Source: Pelagomonas calceolata | Lineage: Eukaryota | Reading direction: 5' to 3' | Assembly: GCA_918797485.1 (NCBI GenBank) | Contig: CAKKNE010000004.1 | Span: 2,852,001-2,916,000 of the forward strand | Length of the DNA stretch: 64,000 bases | Shown: one piece after another, positions 1 to 10,046 of the stretch | Numbering within the stretch: the stretch's first letter is position 1 | Layout: each line of letters starts with the position of its first letter | Position numbers and translations under genes: made by a program | The notes under the pieces: model-generated | What the model was told of the DNA's origin: nothing | The model's database searches: none | Seen by the model: the letters and a program-made list of their open reading frames with translations, nothing else

Positions 1-3000
1 GAAGGATTCCACCGCTTCGCCCGTGTGCGGCTCCGAAATAGTGCATATTATATCTTTATTGGCTTGCAATCGTACTTCTGATGCTGCGCAGAACGTCACG
101 ACAATTCTCTCTGACGCATCGGCTGCCAGTGTACCTTGTTCAGGGAACACACTGAATACGTTCGAGTAGGCCTCGCGCTTGAACCCGAAGGAGTAGGAAA
201 TGTCGTACTTGCCTCGGTTGCGCAATGAAAACCCGAGCTGCGCCGTCACCCCAACTCGTTGCTGGCCAAAGTCCAGCACCCCAGGCTTGGCCTTCTCGTC
301 CTGATCACCTTCTTCGTCGATGGCCACGGCCTTGATGAAGTAGGCTTCGGCCTTGACCGGGAGTTCCAGCGTCTTGACCCTATCCTCCAAACCTCCTTCG
401 TCGTCCGAGTAGTTGATCAAAATAGTAGGTGCGACCTCGATGGCTTCGACAGCGGTAAACGACACCACGATGCGCTGACTCCCGTGGATCTTCATCACGC
501 CCTCGGTCGGCGTCACGCGCAGCTCCCGGTCGAACTCTTCCAATTGAGACAAATCAAGCTTCCACGCGACGGCACACAACGACGTGTTTTTCAGGACGAA
601 CTCCCTCGTTTCACTTCTACCTAATAATAACCGGTCGAAGTCTAGCAACACCGATGATTCCTCTTCCGAAACACCGTCTTGATCAGACCAGGGCCCTTCC
701 ATCTCGACCAGAGGTTCCACACCCGTACAGGTCAACGCGAACGCGTAGGGCTCCGGGTTCTGCGCTACCGAAGCGTAGAGCGTGTCCTTCACTTCTCCTA
801 CCTCAGAAGGAAAGGCCCACACTGCTAAGTCTTTCGTGTCACCTGGCTCGAGTTCCATCACCTCCTCATCGACGGAGAAGACCGTGTCTTCCCGTCCGAA
901 ATCCAGGTTGATGGTCGTAGCGAAGGGCCCGTTGTTCGACATTCTCAAAATGTCACAATTGCTCTTTACCTTGTCTCCTTCGTCGTCTTTCATGGAGGCC
1001 GTCTTCCAGGTCAGCAAGGGCCCGAAGTCGTACTCGTTCTGACTCAGGACGAACCTCTTGGATACGGGAGGCTTCGGCGGTCGGGACGGGTTCTTGACTC
1101 TCGACATGAAAACATTTCTTGGATCGGCATTAAGAGTGGGCACGGCACAGCTACCAGCACAAGGTAATGCTACCTCTGATGAGGGTGCACCAACAACTTC
1201 AAAGCATAGTGAAGCGTTCGTCAGTCCCACGCGCTTGGAATCGAACTTGACGGCGAATCTCACGGAACCGCGGGCGGGGATGACCCACCTGCTTCGAGTC
1301 TCGGGGTCGTACTCCGGCAACGGCTCTTCGTCCTCTGGTGAAGGTGCGGGCGCCGGGGCAGCGGCCTCTTCATCGGTAGGTTCGGCCTCGGGCCGCGGCG
1401 GCTCGGGCACGAGGATGAACTGCGTCTGCGGGGCCCTCGAAGGACGTTCTCGAGGTCTCCTGACGAGCTGCTGCGTCACGGGCTCCGGGATTTTGAGGTA
1501 ACCGGGCTCGGGGAGCGGCTCCAAAGGTTGAGGTGCCGCATTCACAAGATTGTCCAGCGGCGCTTCACTGTCAAGGTCGATGACGAGCTCCTCGTTGATG
1601 GGCTCCAGAGGCGCGGGCTCCTCCTCCTTCGGCTGCTGCTGGTCTTCCGTAGCGACCGTCGAGTCGTCCGCCGCCTCCACGACCGCCGCGGTAATATCAG
1701 AAGCCTCGAGCGGCGCGGGCGCCGGCGCGGCGGCCTCCTCGACGGCTGCTTCTACTATAATAGGTTCCAGCACGCCGAACTGGACGAGGCGCTCCTCCGG
1801 CGCGAGCGACGGCGGCGGCGCCGGCGCGTCCTCTTCACCGTCGGCTTCGGGCGCCGGCGGCTCCGGTAACGCGTCGACGGCCGCCCTGAACGCCGCGCGC
1901 GCCTTCACAAGTGCTTCCTGGAACTCCTTGTGCGGCGCGGCCGCGTCCTCCGCTTCCGCGGGAGGCGCCGCCGGCTCCTCGGGCTCCGCGGCCTCCGGCT
2001 CTTCGGCGGCGGGCTCCTCCGCCTCCGCCGCTGGATCCTCTTCGGCGACCGGGGCCGGCGCCGCCACCTCCTCGACGGCGGCGGGCGCCTCGGCCGCCCC
2101 GCGGAGCTTTCCATCGACCAAGCACGACGCGATGCGCCGGCGCACCTCGGCCGCCGTCTCGCGGATGTCGGACGCGCCGGGCACGCGGCCGCCGAGCGCC
2201 TCGGGCACGACCGGCGCGCGCGCCGGCGGCCGGCTCGCCTCCGTCTCCAGTGCGGCGTCGCGCGCGAGCTGAGGGCCTTCTTCCTCGGAATCCTTCTGGG
2301 GAGAAGCGGGGGGCGACACCGGCGCGTCGTCGACGCCCTCGAGCGCCGCGAGGCACCGCTCGCACTCCTCGTCCAGCGCTCGTAATGTCGCTTCGATCTC
2401 TTCATTCGTCGCCTCCAAGACCGCCAGGGCGCAGTTCGGCAGCCCGGCGACGCACGCCGCGGCGACCGCCTGCAACGACGGCGCGTCGGCCGCCGGCTCC
2501 GAGGCGTCGACGACGAGACCGCGGCCCGCGTCGGCGCGCGTCGCGCGCCACGCGAGCACGTCCCCGAGGACCTTTGCAATTTTCTCGGGGTCCGGCACCG
2601 CCTCGGCCGGCTCGGGCTCCGGCTCCGGCTCCTCCGCGGCCGGCTCTTCGGCCTCGTCGGCGGCCGGCTCGGCGTCGGCCTCCTCGACGCCTTCTTCAGC
2701 AGGAGAAGGCGGCACAACAGCACTTTTCAGGCCCAGGGCCGCCCTTACTTCGTCGCCCAGCTCCGACCGTACGACCGCGCAGGCCATAAGAGCGGCCAGG
2801 GGCGTCGTGAGCGCGTAGCCGTGTTTCGCCGCAAAGGCTTCGGCTAACGCGGGGCCGTGCATGAGCGGCGGCGCCACGAGCATGACGTCGCGCGCCATAC
2901 CCCTCATCCGCAGGGACGGCTCGTCGTCGAGCCACCGCGTTTCGTGGTTGTCGGCGTCCGACATGACGAACGGCCCGCCCAGCGCGTCCTCGTCCGCTTC

Positions 3001-6000
3001 GAGGCCGTCGTCCTCAAAAGTGATAGGTGCCGGCGCCGGCGCCGCCTCGTCGACTTCTTCTGGTAGATCGGGCAGCGCCAATTGTGACCCGGGCTCCCTG
3101 ACCGGTAGTCTGATGAGGTTGTTGTCCCAGTCCAGATCGTCTCGCTCCCTCAACTGTTCTTCTTCCGTCATGAAGTCGGTGTCGAAATCCAACGAGAAGA
3201 CCTCGACGGGCCGGTCGGACGCGTTCCGTAATGTAACTGCTCCTGATACTATATCAGAGAACGGTAGGATGGGCCCGACTTCGACCAGAGAAGGCTCAAA
3301 TTTTAACTTGGCGGCAATGCCCTTGCCCGTAAATAGTAGAGTAGAAGAAGAAGTAGAATTGGCCACCTTGAGCGGCAAGCGCAACGAGCAGGGCCTATCG
3401 TCGACGGGCGCGAATTCGACGGCCACGTTCACCTTCTCCGAAGGCTTGAGAACACCAGAACGAGGCGTCAGCGTGAACCGGTGCGCGTCCCTCGCTTTCC
3501 CGAGCGGAGCCTTGAAATCCCACTCGGCCGGCACTGGCGACACGTTATGCAGCTGGACGTAGGCCGTGCGCCCACAGCCCGTCCAGACGTCGCCGAACTC
3601 TAAAGCATCGTGCGACGCGACGACTTCCGGGACACATATAGAGGCCCTTAAAACAACCATCGTGACCGGGCCGTTCCTCTGGGTTATCGGTAGCCGTAAC
3701 TCCCGATCACCGAGCGGTAGGTTCTTCTGGGCCTTGAAGTTAACCTCAAAAGTCGTCGCTTCGCCTTCCGCCAGGACGAACTTTTCCGGATCTACTGAGA
3801 AACCAGTATTGGTCAGCAGCTTCTTGTCCACGGACCACGACAACCTCCCGGACTCGGAGTCGTTCTTTATGAGGAACTTGCGCTTTTTCGTAGCACCAGA
3901 CACGACGTGCTTGAAGTCGCACAAGTGCCAGGCCAGCACAAAATCAGAACCGGGAGCGGGCCCGTCCCGGACCGACGATTGCGACCGGTTGCTTTGTTTG
4001 GAGGTCGGTCGCAGCGCACCCGTCGGCGGCCTTATGCCTCGCAAGTGATCCAAGAATATACGACGATTGGCTTCTGCTTCCACTTCGGCCATCGTGATCC
4101 TTATTGTTTTTTCCTTGAGAACTGGCGGCGGTTCCTCAACGACAGGTTGCGCCATCGCGAAGAGGGGCAGATTCAAGGTAGGCGGCGGCGGTGGTTCATC
4201 AGGATGTAATTTCTTTTCTTTCACGAGCTCCCTGGTCGTCTGCAAGCACGACGCCCAGCTACCGCCAAAGTCTTTTACGGTGTCGCTCATCTTCACCTGG
4301 TCCCGCGGTAGAGCGATACTAACAGTAGAGTAGATCCCCACACCGGTCACGGGGAAGTAGATCGGATTAAAATGCGCGCACTCGACAATCAAATTCTCAG
4401 CAAAGTTCCGAGGCAAGCCGGGACGCATACATACCTTGACGACCTGCTTGGACATCTCCGCGACTCGTCCAGACTTAGGAGAGATCTCGAAGACCTGAGC
4501 TTCCGGATCTTTCGCGTCGCACATGACGGAGAAGGGAAACGCGACCTTGCCCGTATTGTGGATCGTAAACTCGAGCTCCTTGAACTGCGTGTATAACACT
4601 GAACCGAAGTCCAAACTCGACTTATCGAGCTTAAAGCCGACGGTAGACCCCTCACCAATCAGTGAAAGTTGATATTCGGGCCCGCCCACGACCTCCGCGA
4701 GACATATCCCCTTAAATTTGCGACCCGCATGCGCATAGTACACGAAGTCGACATCTTTGTACTCGTCCGGTTCCAGGTGCGACCGAATAGGCAAGATATC
4801 GAAGACCTGATTGACCGGGACATAGGGCTTCTTCTCGGTTGCTTTACGGGCTTCCCGTTCGGCGTCCTCGAGGAAGGCCCAGTGGAAGTCCACGGGCACT
4901 TTACTGGAGTTGGTAATCCGCATCGTCGACGTCATCTGCGTGTCGTTGAGGATGCAGCCGAAGTTTACAGTTTTACTTTCGAAATGCAAGTTTGGGTAGT
5001 TAATTTCCCCGATGAGCTGTACGGAGTCTTTTTGCGGGTGATTGGTGTAGGCTATGACTAGTTTCGGTTCCAATAATTGGGACTGCCGGTCGCCCTTGTA
5101 GCCCGGGTCGAATCTAATGTGTACTGTAGCAGCTTCACCCGCCTCCAGACTGAGAGAACTGGGTTCGACGTGGAACGGTGACGGGCACTTCAATGCGAAG
5201 CTCACAGGTAAATCTGATCTATTTCTCATCGACAACTCCTGCGTCTGAGGAGTAACTAAGACATCAGGCTCCCAGTCGTAGCGGAAATGGACCGTCGGCG
5301 AGGAAAACTCGAGGAGCGGGTTACTGACATCGGCTTTAAATGTGGTACGGAACACGGTCCGCGAGTTCTTCTCCTTTTGCACTTTCGTCTCGCAAACTAA
5401 TAACTCCTCGACAGCACCGATTTTGGGCGCATAACCCCGGAACGTAAAGATAGCCGCCGTCCTCGGCCGTAGCTCAATCTCCGCCGGCGACACCGTAAAC
5501 ACAGGTTCCGGGTCCTCCATCTTGAATTTCACGCCGTCCTTCTGGGCCTTCTTGCGCTTGGCCATGACGTTTAATAGGAGATTAGTATGTGTCTCGTTAA
5601 CCCATTTCAGCGTTTGCGGGCGCCGCCCTTTGTTCTCGAGGGTCACTTTCCGCTCGAAGATGGTCGAGGAGAATTGCGAGCCGAAGTCCATCTCTTCTAG
5701 TCGTTCGTGGCAGAATATCGTCGTACCCGTACCTCGCGCCGAGACAGGTACCACAACGGTCTCACCTTCTGCTACGGCAATATGTACTTGGTCCTTGTGG
5801 TTCGTCGTGTCGTCCAGACAAGCGATCGCATTTAATTCCATGGACTGGTTCGGCGCCAGGACGCTTTCGCGGACGTCGACCCTAAACTTGCTGCGCGCAT
5901 TTTTCACGAACGTCCGAAACGGCGCCGGGATGCAGCTCGTATTCGTCAATACTAAACTTCTGGGAGCATCATACAAGCACGGCGTCGGGCCCCAGTTTAT

Positions 6001-8265
6001 GGACTGGGGTTCGACCGCTAATACCGGACCCTTGACCGTAGCACAAAGGTTGGACTGGAGCGGCGGTTGTGGAGAACCGGCGATGGCCGTCGCTACTGGT
6101 AGTCTGAAATTTCCGAGGCGATTGCATCTTACCGTGACTCGGACACTTTCCCTAGAGTTGGGCGCGATGATTCCGGAGATACGATCGCACGAGTACTCCC
6201 CTATCACCGTAGTAGGCTTCTCCTGGGGCTGGATGTCGAACCTCGCCTGTAGTTCTGATGACCTGTTAACTAAGATCAAATCCGTCTCGTAGGGGTACCG
6301 CAGGAAGCATTCTCCTAGATCGAGGTCGTCCCGTAGCAATGACACGTCCGCTACCTTACATTCTGCTTGGACCGGTAGACTTAGTAAGGCTTCTCCCACA
6401 TTTGGGACATCTACGACAATATAGAAGTCGTAGACCTTGATGGTGGCCGGCGTGAAGGTCACCTTGATCGTAACTGAAGCGCCCGGTGCTAGTGAACCAG
6501 AAGACGGCTCCAGCACAAACTCGGGCGCGCCGTACTGGCCGTCCTGCGGGATTTTTAGGACGAAGTCCATCCCAATGTCCGCCGTGTTTGTGAGTTCCAG
6601 AGTGCGTTCGTGGGCGAAGGCAAAACTACATAACCCATACTCGACCACATCGACATCAAAATGAAAAGTGGGTCCAATGACGTGGCCCTTGAACTGGCAG
6701 GTCAATCTTTCGTTGGAACCGTCCAACTCCACGTCGACGAGCTCGCAGAACTCGCCTAGCGTGCTTCCGAGGAACTCTACGGACAATTGTTGCGTACCGG
6801 AGACAGCTAGCGTGCCTTGCGTCGGTTCGACGACAAACGCATCACTCTCGGGAGGATTCAACCGCCACGCCGCGGGGATGTCTCCTTTATTATCGATGGA
6901 CAGTGTATAGGAGTAGGGGTGCCCCACGAAGACGTCGCCGAGGTCGAGGACGTCATACGACAGAGCACCCTTCGGCCCGATGCCGATGCCCGTCAGCCAC
7001 ACTGGCAAGCGTTCCTCCCGCCCCACAACATCTAAATAAGCCGTGCAGGCGTAGTCCGCGGCGGTATCAGGGCGGAACATCACGTGTATATCCACTTCGG
7101 ACAAAGCGCGCACCTCCCCACTCAGCGGCTTGATCTCGAAGGTCTCATCGGAAAAGACCATGTCGTCCTTCTCGAGGGCTTGTCTCAAATGCCTATACTT
7201 CGTGGCGAGTGCAGACCGAGCCGCCCTAGCACCAGCAGAAACGTGGCCTTCATCCCCTGACAAATCGCCATCCGACCCTTCGTCGTCGGACGGCGGCCGC
7301 TTTGAGAGAGCCTCCTCGAGATGGGCCTCTTCCAACTGCTGCATCCTTTCTAAATCCGACCGGAGTCTCTCGCGTTCCGCCTCTTGTTCAGCGGAGTCCT
7401 GGAACTGCTTCCAGGAGAAGGTCACGGGGATTTCGGACGCGTTCCGGACTTTGAACGTCCTTTGTGAAGATAACGATACGTAGGCCGGCTCCAGTTGTAA
7501 ATTATTTGTACTGAGGTGCACGTCGACGTCTTCTGCCACGCCCCTCAGTAAAACAGTAGCGACCGTCTTTTCACCTCCAAGATACTCCACTAGTAGTCGC
7601 CCTTCGTAGGGTTCCACGCATTGGGGCGAGAAGGATAATTCTAGAGTTGCCATCTGGCCCGGGTGCACTAACCCTTCAGATGGTGAGGCAGAAAACTCCG
7701 GGACGTCACATGACAGTCGGAAGCGAGCTACACAACTCCCCGTGTTCTGCACCAACATACTTTTAGCTTTTGTGGACTTGACCGCCGCTGCGCCAAAGTT
7801 GACCTCTGAGGGTAGGGACAGTCTAGGTCTAAAGCCCGCGGCCTTGACCTGGACGATGAACTTTTCTCGTTCCGTACAACAAACTAAGTCTACACTATAT
7901 TCGCGAACTTCCTGCGGTCGAAAGGTCACCTCAAAAACTACCTCCATGCCCGGGGCGACTTTACTGGCGGCTCGTTTCCCACCGCTGATCTCGAAGTACG
8001 GTGACTTGGGAGGTAAGACCTTGATGCGCCGCGCCACATAATCACCATTTCTGAACCGCAACGTCTTCGTCACCGTGCTAAAGGGTTCATACCCCGAAAA
8101 GTGAACGGTGGCAGGAGTCGGCTTGAAGAGTGGTACGTCGATGGGCACCGTGCTGTTGATCTGCGACGTGTTGTCTTCCAGACACAGCAGCTCGACGGGT
8201 CTAACAACTTTCTGCTTCTTGGACGGCTGGCCGCTGGGAACCAGCGCCATGTCTAGGGTGCGCAT
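1..8265 (-). CDS. HYDIN: Hydin (axonemal central-pair protein), N-terminal ~2750 aa, continues past the left window edge
   Basis: Missing from the ORF track because it has no stop inside the window. The minus-strand frame from ATG 8265 (or 8250) reads ...VPLFKPTPATVHFSGYEPFSTVTKTLRFRNGDYVARRIKVLPPKSPYFEI...KVAPGMEVVFEVTFRPQEVREYSVDLVCCTEREKFIVQVKA, like the Hydin N-terminus. Repeated ASH/PapD-like segments follow, and the same frame still reads as coding at positions 1-90 (spot-checked, not every codon). Confidence 0.9.
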   Translation of the reverse strand, partial: MRTLDMALVPSGQPSKKQKVVRPVELLCLEDNTSQINSTVPIDVPLFKPTPATVHFSGYEPFSTVTKTLRFRNGDYVARRIKVLPPKSPYFEISGGKRAASKVAPGMEVVFEVTFRPQEVREYSVDLVCCTEREKFIVQVKAAGFRPRLSLPSEVNFGAAAVKSTKAKSMLVQNTGSCVARFRLSCDVPEFSASPSEGLVHPGQMATLELSFSPQCVEPYEGRLLVEYLGGEKTVATVLLRGVAEDVDVHLSTNNLQLEPAYVSLSSQRTFKVRNASEIPVTFSWKQFQDSAEQEAERERLRSDLERMQQLEEAHLEEALSKRPPSDDEGSDGDLSGDEGHVSAGARAARSALATKYRHLRQALEKDDMVFSDETFEIKPLSGEVRALSEVDIHVMFRPDTAADYACTAYLDVVGREERLPVWLTGIGIGPKGALSYDVLDLGDVFVGHPYSYTLSIDNKGDIPAAWRLNPPESDAFVVEPTQGTLAVSGTQQLSVEFLGSTLGEFCELVDVELDGSNERLTCQFKGHVIGPTFHFDVDVVEYGLCSFAFAHERTLELTNTADIGMDFVLKIPQDGQYGAPEFVLEPSSGSLAPGASVTIKVTFTPATIKVYDFYIVVDVPNVGEALLSLPVQAECKVADVSLLRDDLDLGECFLRYPYETDLILVNRSSELQARFDIQPQEKPTTVIGEYSCDRISGIIAPNSRESVRVTVRCNRLGNFRLPVATAIAGSPQPPLQSNLCATVKGPVLAVEPQSINWGPTPCLYDAPRSLVLTNTSCIPAPFRTFVKNARSKFRVDVRESVLAPNQSMELNAIACLDDTTNHKDQVHIAVAEGETVVVPVSARGTGTTIFCHERLEEMDFGSQFSSTIFERKVTLENKGRRPQTLKWVNETHTNLLLNVMAKRKKAQKDGVKFKMEDPEPVFTVSPAEIELRPRTAAIFTFRGYAPKIGAVEELLVCETKVQKEKNSRTVFRTTFKADVSNPLLEFSSPTVHFRYDWEPDVLVTPQTQELSMRNRSDLPVSFALKCPSPFHVEPSSLSLEAGEAATVHIRFDPGYKGDRQSQLLEPKLVIAYTNHPQKDSVQLIGEINYPNLHFESKTVNFGCILNDTQMTSTMRITNSSKVPVDFHWAFLEDAEREARKATEKKPYVPVNQVFDILPIRSHLEPDEYKDVDFVYYAHAGRKFKGICLAEVVGGPEYQLSLIGEGSTVGFKLDKSSLDFGSVLYTQFKELEFTIHNTGKVAFPFSVMCDAKDPEAQVFEISPKSGRVAEMSKQVVKVCMRPGLPRNFAENLIVECAHFNPIYFPVTGVGIYSTVSIALPRDQVKMSDTVKDFGGSWASCLQTTRELVKEKKLHPDEPPPPPTLNLPLFAMAQPVVEEPPPVLKEKTIRITMAEVEAEANRRIFLDHLRGIRPPTGALRPTSKQSNRSQSSVRDGPAPGSDFVLAWHLCDFKHVVSGATKKRKFLIKNDSESGRLSWSVDKKLLTNTGFSVDPEKFVLAEGEATTFEVNFKAQKNLPLGDRELRLPITQRNGPVTMVVLRASICVPEVVASHDALEFGDVWTGCGRTAYVQLHNVSPVPAEWDFKAPLGKARDAHRFTLTPRSGVLKPSEKVNVAVEFAPVDDRPCSLRLPLKVANSTSSSTLLFTGKGIAAKLKFEPSLVEVGPILPFSDIVSGAVTLRNASDRPVEVFSLDFDTDFMTEEEQLRERDDLDWDNNLIRLPVREPGSQLALPDLPEEVDEAAPAPAPITFEDDGLEADEDALGGPFVMSDADNHETRWLDDEPSLRMRGMARDVMLVAPPLMHGPALAEAFAAKHGYALTTPLAALMACAVVRSELGDEVRAALGLKSAVVPPSPAEEGVEEADAEPAADEAEEPAAEEPEPEPEPAEAVPDPEKIAKVLGDVLAWRATRADAGRGLVVDASEPAADAPSLQAVAAACVAGLPNCALAVLEATNEEIEATLRALDEECERCLAALEGVDDAPVSPPASPQKDSEEEGPQLARDAALETEASRPPARAPVVPEALGGRVPGASDIRETAAEVRRRIASCLVDGKLRGAAEAPAAVEEVAAPAPVAEEDPAAEAEEPAAEEPEAAEPEEPAAPPAEAEDAAAPHKEFQEALVKARAAFRAAVDALPEPPAPEADGEEDAPAPPPSLAPEERLVQFGVLEPIIVEAAVEEAAAPAPAPLEASDITAAVVEAADDSTVATEDQQQPKEEEPAPLEPINEELVIDLDSEAPLDNLVNAAPQPLEPLPEPGYLKIPEPVTQQLVRRPRERPSRAPQTQFILVPEPPRPEAEPTDEEAAAPAPAPSPEDEEPLPEYDPETRSRWVIPARGSVRFAVKFDSKRVGLTNASLCFEVVGAPSSEVALPCAGSCAVPTLNADPRNVFMSRVKNPSRPPKPPVSKRFVLSQNEYDFGPLLTWKTASMKDDEGDKVKSNCDILRMSNNGPFATTINLDFGREDTVFSVDEEVMELEPGDTKDLAVWAFPSEVGEVKDTLYASVAQNPEPYAFALTCTGVEPLVEMEGPWSDQDGVSEEESSVLLDFDRLLLGRSETREFVLKNTSLCAVAWKLDLSQLEEFDRELRVTPTEGVMKIHGSQRIVVSFTAVEAIEVAPTILINYSDDEGGLEDRVKTLELPVKAEAYFIKAVAIDEEGDQDEKAKPGVLDFGQQRVGVTAQLGFSLRNRGKYDISYSFGFKREAYSNVFSVFPEQGTLAADASERIVVTFCAASEVRLQANKDIICTISEPHTGEAVESF

Positions 8266-8816
8266 GGTACCGGCTGCGCTGCGTTCAGTGGTCACGCCCC
8301 CAAGGCGTATTCACCAAACGCGTGCGTAGCCTCCACCCAAGCCTCCGGGCGCGCCGGGGCAGCCCTTTGGCTGCTGCTTTTAGCAAGCGCTACCAGCCAA
8401 TGGGCGCTGGTAAGCTGTAAGTCCGTAGTTAGCACACCCATGCGGAATGCCCCCCGCGGCTGCCTTGCACGCGTCCTGGGGCTGCCCCGTAGCCATTCGG
8501 ACACTCGTGTCACGCCTGCAGTCAGGGCTCGTTCCGTGCGGGTACAGTCCGAGACGCTTAGCTTGGATGAGGCGTATTGGCGCCGCGATTGCCTTTGTGT
8601 GACCTTCGGTATCGGTTAGAGGTCGCTCTGATACGGGACATTGGGTGCCACGCATTGCTGCAGCGCCGCACGCGCCAGAAAGCTGCGAGCAGCTACGGAA
8701 GCGAGCGAAGCGCGGCGTTACGAGGCGCGCGGCGATAAGAGTTGGCCGCAAAGCTCTCCACCGATTCGCGGCGTCGTGCGACGCCGCGCCAGCACGCCTG
8801 AAGCGCCGTCGACGGC

Positions 8817-9755
8817 GTGATGGCCGCGCCGCCGCCGCGACGAAAGCAACTCTTGACGAATGCCCAAATCACCTGGTGCTCCGGCACGGTTTCTGGTTTT
8901 TGCGCGACCTTCGCCAAGCAGCCCATCCAGCGCGTGAAATGGATCCGCCAGACGTCGTCGGAGCCGGTGGCGTATTCCACCATAGCCAGTAGGACGCTCC
9001 AAACGCAGGGCCTGAGCGGCTTCATGAGCGGTTCTGCTGCCGCCGTATACCGGAACGTGCCTCATAGTGTTCTGGTCTACTCGCTGTATCCCCACGCCGC
9101 GAACTTAACAAAAAAAGTGAGCGGCGGCCGCGAGGAGGTGTTTATGACGCGGTTCTGCGCGGGCTACATCACGATGGTCGGCGCAACATTGGTAACGCAT
9201 CCACTTGATACGTTACGAGTACGTGTCAGTGTGCAGCCCGACAGCGCGACGTACTTGCAAACCGCGAGACGGGTATACACCGCGGACGGCGTGCGCGGGC
9301 TGTACGGCGGGTTTGGCGCGACACTGATCGGTGCCGGGCCGCGCGGCGCGATTGGCTTTGGCGTCTTCGAGACGCTCAAGCCCTATCTCGCGCGGTACGA
9401 CTACTTCCGGGAGAATCCTTCTGTTTCGAAGGTAGTGTGTGGCTACCTCGCCGGGCTGCTGAGCGAGTCGTTCATTTATCCATTGGATACGGTGCGACGG
9501 CGGCAGCAGGCGTTAGGAGCGGCATCGCCGATCGGGCGGTTGGGCGTCTTGGCCGCCGTGGCGTCCATCTATAGGGTCGAGGGCTTCCTGGGCCTCTTCA
9601 AGGGCATCTCGCTGAACCTCGTGAAGAACCCCATCGGCACGGCCATCTCGTTCACGGTCAACGACCACGTGAAGGAGTGGCTCGGGTACGAACATGAGGA
9701 CGCGGAGGATCTGGGGAGGAAGCCTACCTCGAAAACAGGGAATATTTCCCTTTGA
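8817..9755 (+). CDS. Mitochondrial carrier family protein (SLC25; possibly CoA or adenine-nucleotide carrier)
   Basis: Three carrier repeats with Px[DE]xx[KR]x[KR]-type signatures (QPIQRVKWIRQ, HPLDTLRVRVS, YPLDTVRRRQQ) and EGFLGLFKG motif; 312 aa. Confidence 0.9.
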   Translation: MMAAPPPRRKQLLTNAQITWCSGTVSGFCATFAKQPIQRVKWIRQTSSEPVAYSTIASRTLQTQGLSGFMSGSAAAVYRNVPHSVLVYSLYPHAANLTKKVSGGREEVFMTRFCAGYITMVGATLVTHPLDTLRVRVSVQPDSATYLQTARRVYTADGVRGLYGGFGATLIGAGPRGAIGFGVFETLKPYLARYDYFRENPSVSKVVCGYLAGLLSESFIYPLDTVRRRQQALGAASPIGRLGVLAAVASIYRVEGFLGLFKGISLNLVKNPIGTAISFTVNDHVKEWLGYEHEDAEDLGRKPTSKTGNISL

Positions 9756-10046
9756 TATATCGTCGTGTAAATTATTATTTGGTCGTTTGATGATGTCGAG
9801 TGCACGCCGCGCACGGGCGTGCGGGTGCACCAGACAGAGAGGCCAAGCCAGCCGAAAGCGGAGACATATCCGTGCCCAGCCGACGGCACGCATCGACAGG
9901 CTCGGTAGACGAGCAGGGGCAGCATCTGCGAGCGGCGCCGAGGCGTCTGCTGGCAGCCCTATAGGAAAGCACCGCGCATGCTGCCCGAGGAGCGGGCCCA
10001 ATATCGACGCCGCCGCAGCGAGCGCCGCCGCAGCGAAGGCAGCAAT

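Noticed and set aside
259..8329. Many plus-strand ORFs over the Hydin region
   Set aside because: Antisense shadows of the minus-strand Hydin CDS; Ser-rich translations with no domains.
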